64,000 nt of DNA from Methanobacteriota archaeon (GCA_963787255.1 CAWBCJ010000018.1:64001-128000); one strand, 5' to 3'. Positions 40,256 to 52,179 are shown, numbered from the stretch's first letter. The notes: a model not told the origin generated them from the letters alone. Numbers and translations: made by a program.

Positions 40256-40361
40256 AATAGCAATCAATTTATATTAAAAAACCCCAATACAATGATGAGG
40301 GGGTAAATAAAAACTTCCTCAATCAAATCACATTAGTAACGGATATATCGAGGTTAAAAAC

Positions 40362-40520
40362 ATGGATAAATACAAATGCAAAGTCTGTGGATACATATAT
40401 AACCCAGAAGATGGCGAAACTAAAACAAAAACAGAACCTGGAACTTCTTTTGATGATTTACCTGATTTATGGCGTTGTCCTAGATGCGGTGCAGGTAAAA
40501 TTAGATTCATAAAAACATAA
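40362..40520 (+). CDS. rub: Rubredoxin 2 (basic variant, 52 aa)
   Basis: [18 protein letters not shown]...[20 protein letters not shown]; GAGGT RBS. Confidence 0.93.
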   Translation: MDKYKCKVCGYIYNPEDGETKTKTEPGTSFDDLPDLWRCPRCGAGKIRFIKT

Positions 40521-40585
40521 GATTAGAAAAAATTCTATTCATTTAAAATAACCATTTTTTAGTAAAGAATCGGAGGTTAAAAAAC

Positions 40586-40747
40586 ATGGATAAATACATT
40601 TGTATAGCATGTGGTTACATATACGATCCAGAAGAAGGAGATGCAATGTCTGGAATCGAAGCAGGCACAGCATTTGAAGATCTACCAGACGATTGGTTAT
40701 GTCCAATGTGCGGCGTTGGAAAAGATCAATTTAAACCTGTGGATTAA
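40586..40747 (+). CDS. rub: Rubredoxin 3 (canonical acidic, 53 aa)
   Basis: [19 protein letters not shown]...[20 protein letters not shown]; GGAGGT RBS. Confidence 0.95.
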   Translation: MDKYICIACGYIYDPEEGDAMSGIEAGTAFEDLPDDWLCPMCGVGKDQFKPVD

Positions 40748-40748
40748 A

Positions 40749-41930
40749 ATGGCTTCAAGGATAATTAAACCTGGAATTTATTTTACAGGTGTAATAGATT
40801 GGGATCGGAGATTATTCGACGAAATAATCCCCCTTCCTGATGGTACAAGCTATAACTCTTACATTGTACATGGAAGTGAAAAAACTGCCTTAATAGACAC
40901 AGCCGATCCAGCTAAAAAACACGATTTTTTAAATAATATCTCAATAACTAACCTAAAAATAGACTATATTATTTCTAACCACGCAGAACAAGACCATTCA
41001 GGATTGATACCTGAAGTACTTGAAATATACCCTGATGCAATGGTTCTAACTTCTCCAAAATGTAAAGAACTTCTAAAAGAACTGCTCCTAATTGATGATG
41101 AAAAATTCATAACAGTTGAAGATGGAGAAACAGTGTCCCTTGGAGATAAAACACTACGATTCATTTACACTCCCTGGGTTCACTGGCCAGAAACCATGGT
41201 AACATATCTTGAAGAAGATAAAATTCTTTTCAGCTGCGATTTCTTTGGTTCACACCTTGCAACAAGCGATCTGTTTGTAAGAGATGAGCATATTACTTAC
41301 AGAGCTGCAAAAAAGTATTATGCAGAGATAATGATGCCCTTTAGAGTATTTATCTCCAAAAACATGGAAAGGATCAAAGAACTACAAGTTGATATGATAG
41401 CGCCAAGTCACGGTCCAATATATAACAATCCAGAAATGATTTTAGAGGCTTACAACGATTGGATATCCGATAGAACCAAAAACGAAGTTGTAATACCCTA
41501 TGTATCAATGCACGGTAGTACAAAACAGATAGTTGATTATTTAGTAGATATCCTCATTCAGAAAGGAGTAACAGTTAAACCGTTCAATTTAACAATTTCA
41601 GACACTGGAGAACTGGCTTTAAGTATTGTAGATGCTTCAACATTGGTAATTGCTACTCCCACAGTCCTAACAGGACCTCATCCAAGTGCAGTTTATGCGG
41701 CATATCTTGTAAATGCTTTAAGACCTAAATTGAAGTTTATATCAATAATAGGTTCTTATGGTTGGGGTGGAAGAACAGTAGAACTGATTAAAGGAATGCT
41801 TACAAATGTAAGGGCAGAAATAATAGAACCAGTCATAGTTAGAGGATTCCCAAAGGATGAAGACTTTAAGAAGATGGATGAATTAGCTGAAGAAATAATA
41901 AAGAAGCATAAAGAACATAAGTTGATTTAG
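40749..41930 (+). CDS. fprA: Flavodiiron protein (FprA family)
   Basis: GTSYNSY, HAEQDH, HWPE, SCDFFG, PSHG, flavodoxin motif SMHGST; true start ATG 40749. Confidence 0.93.
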   Translation: MASRIIKPGIYFTGVIDWDRRLFDEIIPLPDGTSYNSYIVHGSEKTALIDTADPAKKHDFLNNISITNLKIDYIISNHAEQDHSGLIPEVLEIYPDAMVLTSPKCKELLKELLLIDDEKFITVEDGETVSLGDKTLRFIYTPWVHWPETMVTYLEEDKILFSCDFFGSHLATSDLFVRDEHITYRAAKKYYAEIMMPFRVFISKNMERIKELQVDMIAPSHGPIYNNPEMILEAYNDWISDRTKNEVVIPYVSMHGSTKQIVDYLVDILIQKGVTVKPFNLTISDTGELALSIVDASTLVIATPTVLTGPHPSAVYAAYLVNALRPKLKFISIIGSYGWGGRTVELIKGMLTNVRAEIIEPVIVRGFPKDEDFKKMDELAEEIIKKHKEHKLI

Positions 41931-41943
41931 TGAAGGTGAGCAA

Positions 41944-42459
41944 ATGTTAAAAGAAAATATTTTAAAGGCTTTGAATTCACAGTTAAATGCAGAACTATAT
42001 TCTGCATACCTTTATTTATCTATGGAGGCATATTTTGAATCCATTGACCTCAGTGGATGTGCAAACTGGATGAGAGCACAGGCACAAGAAGAATTAACCC
42101 ATGCAATGAAAATTTATGGCTACATAGTTCAAAGAGGGGAAAGAGTAACTTTATCCACCATAGATGGACCTCAAGTTGAATGGGATTCTCCGGTTGCAGT
42201 ATTTGAACATGTTTACAAGCATGAACAGAAAGTAACCGGCTTAATAAATGATTTAGTGGATCTATCCGTATCTGAAAGTGATCACGCAACCAGCAACTTC
42301 CTTCAGTGGTTTGTAGCAGAACAAGTAGAAGAAGAAGAGTCAGCTAGCAGTGTACTTCAAAGAATGAAACTTGCAGAGAATTCTAAAAGTGGTTTATTTA
42401 TGCTAGACAGCGAACTGGGGCAGAGAGTATTCACACCACCAGCAGCAAAAGGAGAATAA
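41944..42459 (+). CDS. ftnA: Ferritin
   Basis: [33 protein letters not shown]. Confidence 0.95.
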   Translation: MLKENILKALNSQLNAELYSAYLYLSMEAYFESIDLSGCANWMRAQAQEELTHAMKIYGYIVQRGERVTLSTIDGPQVEWDSPVAVFEHVYKHEQKVTGLINDLVDLSVSESDHATSNFLQWFVAEQVEEEESASSVLQRMKLAENSKSGLFMLDSELGQRVFTPPAAKGE

Positions 42460-42759
42460 TAACAAATCCTTTATTTAACTTCTAAACCATTATTAATTCA
42501 TTTATTCTATTTAGAATAAATTTTATTATATTTATTAGCTTGTTTTCTTTTTTTAATTAGTAAGATATGTATTTAATTTAAAATACTGAAAAATGTTAAC
42601 TTAACTATTAGTAATATGTATTTAAACTTCTATTTTCTTGAAATATACATATAAAAAAGAAGTTTTTGTGATTATTCAATGGATTTAACGAAATTATTAT
42701 TTAACATGAATAATAAAATAATAACAATAGTATTATTTTTCAAAAAAAGAGGGTTTTAA

Positions 42760-43509
42760 ATGTCCAGTAAAGTGAAAATATATGAGGTAAGGAAGACTAA
42801 AAAAGTTGAAGAGGGAGGAATTGGTGGAATACCACTAATTGGTGATCCTTTTCCAAAAATTAAGGATGTAAAAACTACAAGAGGTATTATAAAACTACCT
42901 AAGGAATTTAAAGGTAAATGGTTTGTTTTATTCAGCCATCCAGCAGATTTCACTCCAGTATGTACCACTGAATTTATGGAATTTCAGAGAAACTACATCA
43001 ATTTCAAGATATTAAACTGTGAATTAATCGGTTTGAGCATAGATCAGGTATTTTCCCACCATAAATGGATAGAATGGATAAAAGAAAAATTTAATGAAAG
43101 GATAGATTTCCCTGTGATAGCAGATACAGGTGAAATAGCAGGTAAACTAGGTTTAGTTCATCCAGCAAAGGGATCCAATACCGTAAGGGCAGTTTTCATT
43201 GTTGATCCAGAGGGAATCATTAGAGCAATAATTTACTACCCGCAAGAGCTTGGAAGAAGCGTTGAAGAGATTTTAAGGGCAGTTGAAGGTTTAAGGGTTG
43301 CAGACGCTGAAGGAGTAGCCATGCCTGCAGAATGGCCTAGAAACAGATTCTTTGGAAGCAACGTAATTATTCCACCTGCTCAAGATGAGGAAACGATCAA
43401 GGAAAGAGTTAAAAACGCAGAAACTGGTGAATATGAGTGTGTTGACTGGTTCTTATGTCACAAACCATGGTTTAAAAAATATAGAACATCAAACTGGAAA
43501 GAAATATAA
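42760..43509 (+). CDS. Peroxiredoxin (archaeal Prx6 type)
   Basis: [22 protein letters not shown]-terminal CVDWFLC. Confidence 0.95.
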   Translation: MSSKVKIYEVRKTKKVEEGGIGGIPLIGDPFPKIKDVKTTRGIIKLPKEFKGKWFVLFSHPADFTPVCTTEFMEFQRNYINFKILNCELIGLSIDQVFSHHKWIEWIKEKFNERIDFPVIADTGEIAGKLGLVHPAKGSNTVRAVFIVDPEGIIRAIIYYPQELGRSVEEILRAVEGLRVADAEGVAMPAEWPRNRFFGSNVIIPPAQDEETIKERVKNAETGEYECVDWFLCHKPWFKKYRTSNWKEI

Positions 43510-43582
43510 AAGAAGTGTTTTTTTTAATTGATTCAAGTATTATGGCAAATTATTTAATAAAAAGCATAATGGAGGATTGATT

Positions 43583-44197
43583 ATGGCGAAATTATATGAA
43601 TTACCAGAACTACCTTACGCATACAATGCGTTGGAACCATATATTTCTGAAGAACAGCTAACGATACACCATGATAAGCATCATCAAGCTTATGTGGACG
43701 CTGCAAATGGTATATTAAAACTCTTTGATGAATCTAGAGAAAAAGGAGCAGATTTTGATATTAAAGCCAAGGCAAAAGAATTATCATTTAATGTTGGTGG
43801 ATATCAACTCCATAATAAGTTTTGGGAAAATATGGGTCCTGCAAATGAAAACGGAGGAGAACCAACTGGAAAAATTGCGGAATACATAAAAAAAGATTTC
43901 GGAAGCTTTGAAAGGTTTAAAAAAGAATTTTCACAAACTGCAATTACTACGGAAGGTTCTGGATGGGCAGTGCTTGCTCTGTGCAAGAACACTGATAGAT
44001 TGTTTATTTTGCAGTTTGAAAAACATAATGTGAATGTTGTCCCTAAATGGCCTCCACTAATGGTACTGGATGTTTGGGAACATGCTTACTACTTGGATTA
44101 CAAAAATGTTCGACCAGACTTCGTAGAAGCATTCTGGAACATAGTAAACTGGGATGAAGTAAATAATCGAGTTGAAGCATGGTTAAAATGCAAATAA
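43583..44197 (+). CDS. sod: Fe/Mn superoxide dismutase
   Basis: [21 protein letters not shown]. Confidence 0.97.
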   Translation: MAKLYELPELPYAYNALEPYISEEQLTIHHDKHHQAYVDAANGILKLFDESREKGADFDIKAKAKELSFNVGGYQLHNKFWENMGPANENGGEPTGKIAEYIKKDFGSFERFKKEFSQTAITTEGSGWAVLALCKNTDRLFILQFEKHNVNVVPKWPPLMVLDVWEHAYYLDYKNVRPDFVEAFWNIVNWDEVNNRVEAWLKCK

Positions 44198-44345
44198 TTA
44201 AAATCTATTCTTTATTTTTTAATTTTTAATTTTTTTTATTCTAGATTCTTTTTGAGGATAAAATTTATATCTATTTAAATTAGATTTTTATTTTAGTTAA
44301 TTATCAATTATTTATTAAATAATTCACTGATAGGCAGGGAATTAA

Positions 44346-45644
44346 ATGATCTGGAATAAAGAAGCAGAATGCATGTCGCAAGTGCAAAAAGAAAAATTAC
44401 AGTTAGAAAGATTACAAGATGTCGTTAAGCAAGCATATAATAACGTTCCATACTACAAAAAACGTTTTGACGATGCAGGCATTAAGCCAGAAGATATTAA
44501 AACGCTTAAAGATATAGAAAAACTTCCTTTCACCTCAAAATCTGATTTAAGGGAGGCTTATCCCTTTGGAATGTTTGCAGTTCCTGATGAAGATATCGTA
44601 GAAGTTCATACTTCTTCTGGAACTACGGGAAAACCTACAGTTTCAGGGTATACGCTAAAAGACCTTGAAATATGGGGAGAAGTGATGGCACGTGCTTTAG
44701 CAATGGCTGATGTGGGAAAAAAGGATTTTATTCAAAATGCTTATGGATATGGGCTTTTTACAGGAGGGATGGGCGTACATTACGGTGCACAGAAAATTGG
44801 TGCAACTGTAGTTCCAATTTCAGCTGGAAACACCATGAGACAGCTTGAACTTATGCAAGACTTTGGAACTACTATTTTAACGTGCACACCTTCTTATGCG
44901 CTCTATTTAGCTGAAGTGGCTGAAAAAGATGGAATTGATAAAGAAGACATAAAATTAAAAGCAGGCGTTTTTGGAGCGGAAATGTGGACTGAAGAAATGA
45001 GAAAAGAACTTGAAAAGAGGCTTAATATTGATGCTCTTAATATTTATGGCTTAACAGAAATTATTGGTCCTGGAGTAGCCATGGAATGTAAAGATAAAGA
45101 CGGACTGCACATTTCTGATGACCATTTCTATCCTGAAATCATTGATTCAAATACCCTTAAAATATTACCCGAAGGAGAAAAAGGAGAACTAGTTATAACT
45201 ACATTAACAAGAGAAGGAATGCCTATTATTCGTTTCCGTACAAAAGATTTAACAGCACTTCGAAAGGGTAAATGTGAATGTAGCAGGACCCTTATTAAAA
45301 TGGACAGGATTACTGGGCGTACTGACGACATGTTGAAAATAAGGGGAGTAATTGTGTTCCCATCCCAAATAGAGAAGGCGCTTTTAAAGATTGAAGGTCT
45401 GGAACCACACTATCAGATTATAGTAACCAGACCACACCATCTGGATGAAATTGAAGTTCTTGTGGAAAACTCTGAAAAACTCTTTTCAGATGAAGTCAAA
45501 CATGTAGAAGAAGCTAAAAAGATGATCGAGGATAATATTCACAGTGAAATTGGATTAAGAGTAAATGTAACACTTGTTGAACCTCAATCAATTCCAAGAA
45601 GTGAAGGAAAGGCAATAAGGGTTGTTGATAAAAGGGAATTTTAA
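44346..45644 (+). CDS. paaK: Phenylacetate-CoA ligase family protein
   Basis: [34 protein letters not shown]. Confidence 0.9.
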   Translation: MIWNKEAECMSQVQKEKLQLERLQDVVKQAYNNVPYYKKRFDDAGIKPEDIKTLKDIEKLPFTSKSDLREAYPFGMFAVPDEDIVEVHTSSGTTGKPTVSGYTLKDLEIWGEVMARALAMADVGKKDFIQNAYGYGLFTGGMGVHYGAQKIGATVVPISAGNTMRQLELMQDFGTTILTCTPSYALYLAEVAEKDGIDKEDIKLKAGVFGAEMWTEEMRKELEKRLNIDALNIYGLTEIIGPGVAMECKDKDGLHISDDHFYPEIIDSNTLKILPEGEKGELVITTLTREGMPIIRFRTKDLTALRKGKCECSRTLIKMDRITGRTDDMLKIRGVIVFPSQIEKALLKIEGLEPHYQIIVTRPHHLDEIEVLVENSEKLFSDEVKHVEEAKKMIEDNIHSEIGLRVNVTLVEPQSIPRSEGKAIRVVDKREF

Positions 45645-45693
45645 TTATCTATAACTTTAAATCAAATTAGAGTTGTTTAAGGGGCTAAAAAAC

Positions 45694-46125
45694 ATGAAAT
45701 TAAAACAAATATCAATATTTTTGGAAAATAAAAAAGGAAGGCTCTGGAAAGCATTAAGTATTCTAAGAGATGCTGATATTAATATTCGTGCTCTTTCCAT
45801 TGCAGATACATCAGAATTTGGAATTTTGAGGCTTATAGTTCCAGATCCTCAAAAAGCAAAGTCAGCACTTGAAGATGGTAATTTTGTTGTAAAAATGAAT
45901 GAAGTGATTGCAGTTGAAGTTCACGATGAACCTGGTGGATTGGATCAAATTCTTGAAATTCTAAATAAGGTAGATATCAATGTAGAATACATTTATGCAT
46001 TTGTTGAGAAAAAAGGAGAAAAAGCCATAGTAGTTCTAAGAACAGAGGATATTGACGCAGGAATAAAAGCTTTAGAAAGTGGAGGAGCTATAGTTCTATC
46101 ATCAAAAGAGGTATATGAACTATAA
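45694..46125 (+). CDS. Tandem ACT domain protein
   Basis: [13 protein letters not shown]...[11 protein letters not shown]; D.PGGL...INVEYIYAF. Confidence 0.9.
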   Translation: MKLKQISIFLENKKGRLWKALSILRDADINIRALSIADTSEFGILRLIVPDPQKAKSALEDGNFVVKMNEVIAVEVHDEPGGLDQILEILNKVDINVEYIYAFVEKKGEKAIVVLRTEDIDAGIKALESGGAIVLSSKEVYEL

Positions 46126-46169
46126 ATAGTTAAATAACTTATTAGATTCTGAAAAATTTATAAAATATT

Positions 46170-46952
46170 TTATTTTTCTAGAATTTTCCTTTTTATATTT
46201 TCAAATTCTTCTTCACTTATAGCACCAATGTCCAGGAGATCTTTTGCTTTTTCAATCTTATCCATTGATTCCGCGTCTATTTCAGGTTTTGCTTCTTTTA
46301 CCTTTTGTTGAGCTTTAGATACAAAGTTAATACCGGAATCGGGATCAACACCTTTAATTTTAATGATATTATCATCAGATTTGATTTCTATTGTTTTAAG
46401 TCCGAATTCATCTAAAATATCTATAGTTTCTATATCTACATATTTTAGAAGCTCAATCCCCTCGTTTAAGCCTTCAGCCATGCTTTTTTTATTGAATTTT
46501 AGACCTTCTTCATTAAGAGTTAATTCTTGAATAACTAATTTAATAGTTGGGTTTTCGAATTCTTTTGAGGTGTCATTTTTTTCAGTTTTTATTACAGGTT
46601 CATCTAGAGTTCCTGATCTTTTTTCTACAGGTTCTTCTATAGTATTAGGTTGTGTTTCTCCACATACAACGCAAAATTTCGCATTTTCCGGTATTTCTGA
46701 TTTACATGATGGACAGCTTTTGGTATTTGGCACATCTTTAATATCTTCAGGTTCTATTTCAACAGTTTTTTCTTCAAAACTTTTACCGCATCCAACGCAG
46801 AACCTGGCGTTTTCTTTATTGTCTGTTCCACATTCAGGACATTTCTTCTTGTTTATCACTTTTTCATGTATTTCATCTTTTTTAGGATGTTTTCCTTCTC
46901 TTCGTGCTGCAAGCATTTCACTAATTTCCTTACTAGAAACCACAATGACCAC
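46170..46952 (-). CDS. Double zinc-ribbon protein with C-terminal SHOCT domain
   Basis: CPECG...FCVGCG, CPSC...FCVVCG; LLDIGAISEEEFENIKRKIL. Confidence 0.85.
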   Translation of the reverse strand: MVIVVSSKEISEMLAARREGKHPKKDEIHEKVINKKKCPECGTDNKENARFCVGCGKSFEEKTVEIEPEDIKDVPNTKSCPSCKSEIPENAKFCVVCGETQPNTIEEPVEKRSGTLDEPVIKTEKNDTSKEFENPTIKLVIQELTLNEEGLKFNKKSMAEGLNEGIELLKYVDIETIDILDEFGLKTIEIKSDDNIIKIKGVDPDSGINFVSKAQQKVKEAKPEIDAESMDKIEKAKDLLDIGAISEEEFENIKRKILEK

Positions 46953-47060
46953 CTCAATGGATTAAAATTGATTATAATGTATTAAATGAGATTTTATGCT
47001 ATATTTGATAGATAATCAATAATTTCAATTAGACATGGAATGAGTTTTATTGATCAACCT

Positions 47061-47110
47061 ATCAAAAATCTATGATTTTGGAGTGCCACAAAAATTATGT
47101 TTTGCAGGCT
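47061..47110. repeat. Hairpin repeat copy overlapping the thiD 3' end
   Basis: CAAAAATC-TAT-GATTTTGG and CACAAAAATTATGTTTTGCAGG units. Confidence 0.65.
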
Positions 47111-47861
47111 TTTTTAAAAAGGGTTGATAGAATTGATTTAAAGTTCCCAGCATTCCATATTTAATACTTTCTCTTGTGAAATCCCCTGCATTTTTCACTG
47201 CATTTTCAAGGTTATCTCCTTTAATGAGGAATGCAACAATTGCAGATGAATAAGTACAGCCGCTCCCGTGAGTATTTTTACTTTCAATTAATTCACCTTC
47301 AATTACCTTTATTGATCCGTCAAATAACACATCATTTCCTTCAAGATGCCCTCCAGTAACCACAACATTGCACAGTTTTCCAATCTTTAGTGCAGCTTCA
47401 ATAGCATCTTCTATGGTTTCAATCTTAATTCCCGAAATTTGTTGAGCTTCATTTATATTAGGTGTGGCAAGTTCTGCAAGTGGAAGAAGATTTTTTTTTA
47501 ATGATTCTGCCAAATCTTTCTTGGATAAAAATCCTCCAGAACCAGCAACCATTACCGGGTCGACTACAACTTTTAACTTATGTTCATCTACTTTTCGTGA
47601 TATGCTTTTGATGATATCGTCAGAATAAAGCATTCCGGTTTTTGCAAACTGGATTTTTTCCTGTTCAAGAACAGTATCAATTTGTTTTTCAATAAAATGA
47701 ATGGGCACTGGCTCAATTCCTGCAACTTTATTTATATTTTGAGCAGTAAGTGCTGTAATTACCGCAGTACCGTAAATTCCCAGTGCAGAAAAAGTTTTTA
47801 TATCATTTAATATTCCTGCACCTCCGGAAGGGTCAAAACCGGCAATTGTCATTGCAATCAT
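47070..47861 (-). CDS. thiD: Hydroxymethylpyrimidine/phosphomethylpyrimidine kinase
   Basis: IAGFDPSGGAG, KTGML, DPVM, TPN, THGSGC. Confidence 0.94.
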   Translation of the reverse strand: MIAMTIAGFDPSGGAGILNDIKTFSALGIYGTAVITALTAQNINKVAGIEPVPIHFIEKQIDTVLEQEKIQFAKTGMLYSDDIIKSISRKVDEHKLKVVVDPVMVAGSGGFLSKKDLAESLKKNLLPLAELATPNINEAQQISGIKIETIEDAIEAALKIGKLCNVVVTGGHLEGNDVLFDGSIKVIEGELIESKNTHGSGCTYSSAIVAFLIKGDNLENAVKNAGDFTRESIKYGMLGTLNQFYQPFLKKPAKHNFCGTPKS

Positions 47862-48538
47862 ACAGAGACCTCTCGGTTAACATTTAAACGTTCAGATCCA
47901 TGATTTGACCTTACTTTAAGGTGTACCTTCCTTAAGTACTTACTGGCTTCCGTTTCACTACCGTGCAACATTATTTCGCCTAAATCCTCGGCGGTATTAA
48001 CGTCCAATGATAAATAGAATGAATCAAATATGGTATAAGTCAAATTTTTTTCTTTAGCTTCTTTTATATGTTCAAAAAAGCTGTAATCTCCAAATTTCAT
48101 TGAAAAATCTTGTGCAGGACAGAAGAGTGCATTGGTGCCCCCGCCCTTTGCAGGAGCAATAACAACATTATATTCTTCACCATTTATTAATAATTCCTTA
48201 ACAAGGTTTTTTTTGATTAAAGGAACATCTGAAGGCACTATAAGAATATTATCGCATGATTTAGATGCATAATCTATAGCTTGGGTTAAACCGCCATTTA
48301 AACCAGTATTCCCAATTTCTTTTAGAGTTTCAACATTAAAATTTTCCATATAATACAGAACGTCATCATCAGAGCTCACAACAATTATGTTATCTACTAT
48401 TCCGTCTAAAGCGCTGATCACATCCTTTAGCATTGCTTTTAACAGATTTTCACGTTCATTAATACTTAATTTTGGTGATAATCTAGTTTTAGCATTATTA
48501 AATTTTGAAACAGGAATCACTGCAAAAGTTTTTTTCAT
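47858..48538 (-). CDS. cofC: 2-phospho-L-lactate guanylyltransferase (F420 biosynthesis)
   Basis: AKTRLS, SDVPL, GGGTNAL, DVNTAEDL. Confidence 0.93.
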   Translation of the reverse strand: MKKTFAVIPVSKFNNAKTRLSPKLSINERENLLKAMLKDVISALDGIVDNIIVVSSDDDVLYYMENFNVETLKEIGNTGLNGGLTQAIDYASKSCDNILIVPSDVPLIKKNLVKELLINGEEYNVVIAPAKGGGTNALFCPAQDFSMKFGDYSFFEHIKEAKEKNLTYTIFDSFYLSLDVNTAEDLGEIMLHGSETEASKYLRKVHLKVRSNHGSERLNVNREVSV

Positions 48539-48612
48539 TTATAAAAGCTCCTGATAACTTATTTATAATATTGGCAGTAATCAATCATATTATACTAATT
48601 TTTTCTATTGAT

Positions 48613-49299
48613 TTAATTAATTCCTAAAGAACTTTTTATCCAGTTAATGGTGTCATTAATCCAATTTTGAAGATTAAAACCTTGATCTTGATTTAAGTTT
48701 TGTATTTCGCTCTCGGTAACATTGAAAGTTTTTAAAACTTCATTTTTTGCATCTGCCAGGTTTTGACGGAATTGTGTCCAACCAATTTGTTTTGTTTCCA
48801 CAACAGCAACTGGTTCTCCAGTGTAAGGGTTTAAATTACCTCCGGACATAATAACCCAAATTTTAAGCTGAGCATTATAAGCACTTTGCGCATCATATGG
48901 ATTAGAGCTACTTACGACTCTATTTACACCTTTATATGTATTATTTACCGGTAATAGTTTGGTATTTATAACTGCTCTTTGAGATGGCTCAATACAGTAT
49001 GCCTTTACAGTTTCCGTTGAATTTGATGCTATATTTTTATCTTCTGCAATTACAAGATCTTGTGATATGCTGCTTGCAAGTGTATTTCCCTTCTTCGCAT
49101 TAACTGTTGTATTTCCATTATTTGTTATTTCAATCTCATGAGGAATGGTTCCTGCATCAGTTTTCTGGATAACTTTAATGCTTCCACTACTGTAAGCTTC
49201 ATTTAAGCCTAATCCTCCTGAAACTGAAAGACTAAGCATTGTAGAAGCCAATGCAAACAGTATAATTAATAAAACAACGCCTATAATCCGTATGTTCAT
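48613..49299 (-). CDS. Exported/membrane-anchored hypothetical protein with YCIEP and QxxIW motifs
   Basis: N-terminal hydrophobic signal; KAYCIEPS; AQLKIW. Confidence 0.8.
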   Translation of the reverse strand: MNIRIIGVVLLIILFALASTMLSLSVSGGLGLNEAYSSGSIKVIQKTDAGTIPHEIEITNNGNTTVNAKKGNTLASSISQDLVIAEDKNIASNSTETVKAYCIEPSQRAVINTKLLPVNNTYKGVNRVVSSSNPYDAQSAYNAQLKIWVIMSGGNLNPYTGEPVAVVETKQIGWTQFRQNLADAKNEVLKTFNVTESEIQNLNQDQGFNLQNWINDTINWIKSSLGIN

Positions 49300-49327
49300 T
49301 TAATTCCCACATTATATTTTTTTTTAA

Positions 49328-50737
49328 TTAATAAGTCTTCGCGATTAAAGTGTTACAAGAAGCAGGCTTTCCACAGTTAATACATTGGCCAGGAGTTGCA
49401 TTTTCATCTTGAATTCCCAGTATATCTACTTTAACCTTTTCTTCTAATTCTTTCCCGCATTTTTCGTCTCCACACCATTGGAAAGTTACTATGCCGTTAT
49501 TTTCTTCCATTTTCTCGGCTGCTTCTTCAATAGTTTTAGCAGATCTTATATGTTTATTAAAAGATTTCCATGCTTTATCTTTCATGTTCTGATTAATATC
49601 ATTTAGTAATGTCTTTACTTCATGAATAAAATCATCAGAATCTAGAGATATGGTTCCCTTTTCCATTTTATCTCTTCTAAACACAACTGCATTTTTATTT
49701 TCAATATCACGAGGCCCTATTTCCATCCTGACAGGGATTCCTCTCATTTCATATTCATAATATTTTTTTCCTGCTCGTATATCTCGATCGTCGAAATGAA
49801 CTCTTAAACCGGCTTTTTTGAGATTATCTGCCATTTCTTTACAGTACTTCAGAACTTCTTCTGCACCTTTTTTGAATATTATAGGAATAATAACTACTTG
49901 GTAAGGTGCAACATCTGGAGGTAAACATAATCCTTTCTCATCGCCATGAATACCTATGATTGAGGCTATAACTCTGTCAGATACTCCGTAACAGGTCTGA
50001 TAAACATATTCATGCTCTCCTTCAGCAGTTTCATAGGTAATGTCAAATGTTTTGGCAAATGTTTGACCTAGATTGTGCACTGTTCCTATTTGGAGAGTTT
50101 TACCGTCTGGAAGTATGGTGTCAAATGCCATGGTGTAATCTGCACCTGGGAATTTATCCCATTGTGGTCTTTTACTAATTGTGTAAGGAATTCCAAGGGT
50201 ATCAAAGAATTCTTTATAAATTTCAACTGCACTTTGCACCTGTTCTTCGCATTCTTCACGAGTAGCATGTACAGTATGTGCTTCTTTAAAAGTTGTAATT
50301 TCCCTGACTCTTATAAGTGGTCTTGTATGCTTGGTTTCGTATCTGAAAGTGTTTACAATCTGATAATACCTGAAAGGAAGATCGTTATGGGACCTAACCC
50401 AGAGTGCGAACATGGGATACATTGCAGTTTCGCTTGTAGGTCTAAGTGCAAGTTTTTTATTTAGTTCTGTAAGTCCTCCGTGGGTAATCCAGTAAACTTC
50501 TTCTTCAAAACCTTTAACGTGAATGGCTTCTTTAGCAAGTTCGTCTTCAGGAATTAGTAAAGGGAAAAGAACCTCTTCATGGGTTTCATCCAGTATATTT
50601 TTTAGAATGTCTAAAGTATGCTTTCTTATTTTAAATCCTTGAGGCTGCCACACGTGCATTCCTTTAACAGGATATCTAATATCGATTATTTCTGCTTCTT
50701 CTAAGATATTGTGAAACCATTCGCTGAAATCTGTCAT
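49328..50737 (-). CDS. proS: Proline-tRNA ligase (archaeal type)
   Basis: [24 protein letters not shown]-terminal Zn site and AKTY. Confidence 0.97.
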   Translation of the reverse strand: MTDFSEWFHNILEEAEIIDIRYPVKGMHVWQPQGFKIRKHTLDILKNILDETHEEVLFPLLIPEDELAKEAIHVKGFEEEVYWITHGGLTELNKKLALRPTSETAMYPMFALWVRSHNDLPFRYYQIVNTFRYETKHTRPLIRVREITTFKEAHTVHATREECEEQVQSAVEIYKEFFDTLGIPYTISKRPQWDKFPGADYTMAFDTILPDGKTLQIGTVHNLGQTFAKTFDITYETAEGEHEYVYQTCYGVSDRVIASIIGIHGDEKGLCLPPDVAPYQVVIIPIIFKKGAEEVLKYCKEMADNLKKAGLRVHFDDRDIRAGKKYYEYEMRGIPVRMEIGPRDIENKNAVVFRRDKMEKGTISLDSDDFIHEVKTLLNDINQNMKDKAWKSFNKHIRSAKTIEEAAEKMEENNGIVTFQWCGDEKCGKELEEKVKVDILGIQDENATPGQCINCGKPASCNTLIAKTY

Positions 50738-51135
50738 TTATTCACCTGATTCTGATAATAAAAAGTACATTGAGAAATTAAATTTTATGACTTAAGTAAT
50801 ATATGTAAATAGTTGTTAGTTTAATTATTTAAGATTAAGTATAAATATTAAAAATAGTTTTGGGGTTATAAAAATAGATTAAAATAACCATTGTGTCCAT
50901 GATAAAAGTGCTATCAACTTTAGCATCTATTTAATTTAGATGTTAATTAATTTAATATGCTTAAATATTTAATTAATCCTTGAGCTTATAAAATATTTTA
51001 GTTAACATTTTCATAAAATTAATATCATGAGTTTAGAGATATAAGATATACTATTATCTTAACTGAATATTACATTATCAAAAATTATTTAATCATAAAG
51101 AATGCGAATTATTATTGAAAATGGAAGAAGATAAA

Positions 51136-52179
51136 ATGGATTTTAGAAAGATTCAATTACCAAGGGAAATTCATACAGGTGCAGGTGTGATAGAAAATAC
51201 TGGTTCTATCTGTAGAGATTTAATGTTTAAAGGCAAGGTTTTAGTGGTAACCGGACCTAATACTCTTAAAATTGGGGGAGAAAAAGCTATAGAAAGCCTT
51301 CAAAATGAAGAATTTTCTGTTGAAACGCTTATTATTGATAAAGCTTCAGAAGACGTTGTTTTACAGGTTCAAGAAGTGGCTAAAGATGTATCGGTGGTTT
51401 TAGGAGTTGGCGGCGGAAAAGTAATTGATTCAGCAAAACTCGCATCCACCAGAAATGGCATTCATTTCATCAGCGTTCCAACTGCGGCTTCACACGATGG
51501 AATTGCATCACCAAGAGCTTCTATAAGAAATGATGAAGGATCCGTATCTCTTGAGGCCCAAGCACCTATTGGAGTAATTGCGGATACAGAGATTATAAGT
51601 AAAGCTCCTTTCAGACTTCTAGCAGCAGGATGCGGTGATATAGTATCTAATTATACTGCAATTTTAGATTGGAAATTAGCGTACAGACTTTTAAATGAAT
51701 ATTACAGCGATTCTGCATCTGCGTTGTCGCTTATGACAGCTAAAATGACTTTAGAATCTGCGGATGCCATAAAAGAAGGCCATATTGAAAGTGCAGCCCT
51801 TGTGGTTAAAGCTTTAATAAGTAGTGGGATGGCTATAAGCATTGCCGGTACAAGCAGACCAGCCAGTGGTTCTGAACATAAATTCAGTCATGCTTTAGAT
51901 ATTATTGCGCCTAAGCCCGCATTACATGGGGAACAGTGCGGTGTTGGAACAATAATGATGATGTACCTCCATGGTGGGGACTGGAAATTCATAAGAGACA
52001 CCTTAAAAACTATAAAAGCGCCAACAACCGCTTATGGGATGAATATTGATCCTGAATATATTATTGAAGCTCTTACCATAGCACATACAATAAGAAGAGA
52101 TAGATATACTATATTGGGAGATAGAGGACTTACAATAGATGCTGCAGAGGAAATTGCTACTGCTACAGGAGTCATATAG
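51136..52179 (+). CDS. egsA: Glycerol-1-phosphate dehydrogenase
   Basis: [33 protein letters not shown]. Confidence 0.96.
   Translation: MDFRKIQLPREIHTGAGVIENTGSICRDLMFKGKVLVVTGPNTLKIGGEKAIESLQNEEFSVETLIIDKASEDVVLQVQEVAKDVSVVLGVGGGKVIDSAKLASTRNGIHFISVPTAASHDGIASPRASIRNDEGSVSLEAQAPIGVIADTEIISKAPFRLLAAGCGDIVSNYTAILDWKLAYRLLNEYYSDSASALSLMTAKMTLESADAIKEGHIESAALVVKALISSGMAISIAGTSRPASGSEHKFSHALDIIAPKPALHGEQCGVGTIMMMYLHGGDWKFIRDTLKTIKAPTTAYGMNIDPEYIIEALTIAHTIRRDRYTILGDRGLTIDAAEEIATATGVI

Noticed and set aside
40292-40350. ATGATGA box C motif as a possible C/D sRNA
   Set aside because: No CTGA box D at a suitable distance.
40328-40510. 60-aa minus-strand ORF
   Set aside because: Antisense shadow of rubredoxin 2.
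40611-40748. N-terminal extension of FprA in the ORF track
   Set aside because: It overlaps rubredoxin 3 in another frame; the real start is ATG 40749.
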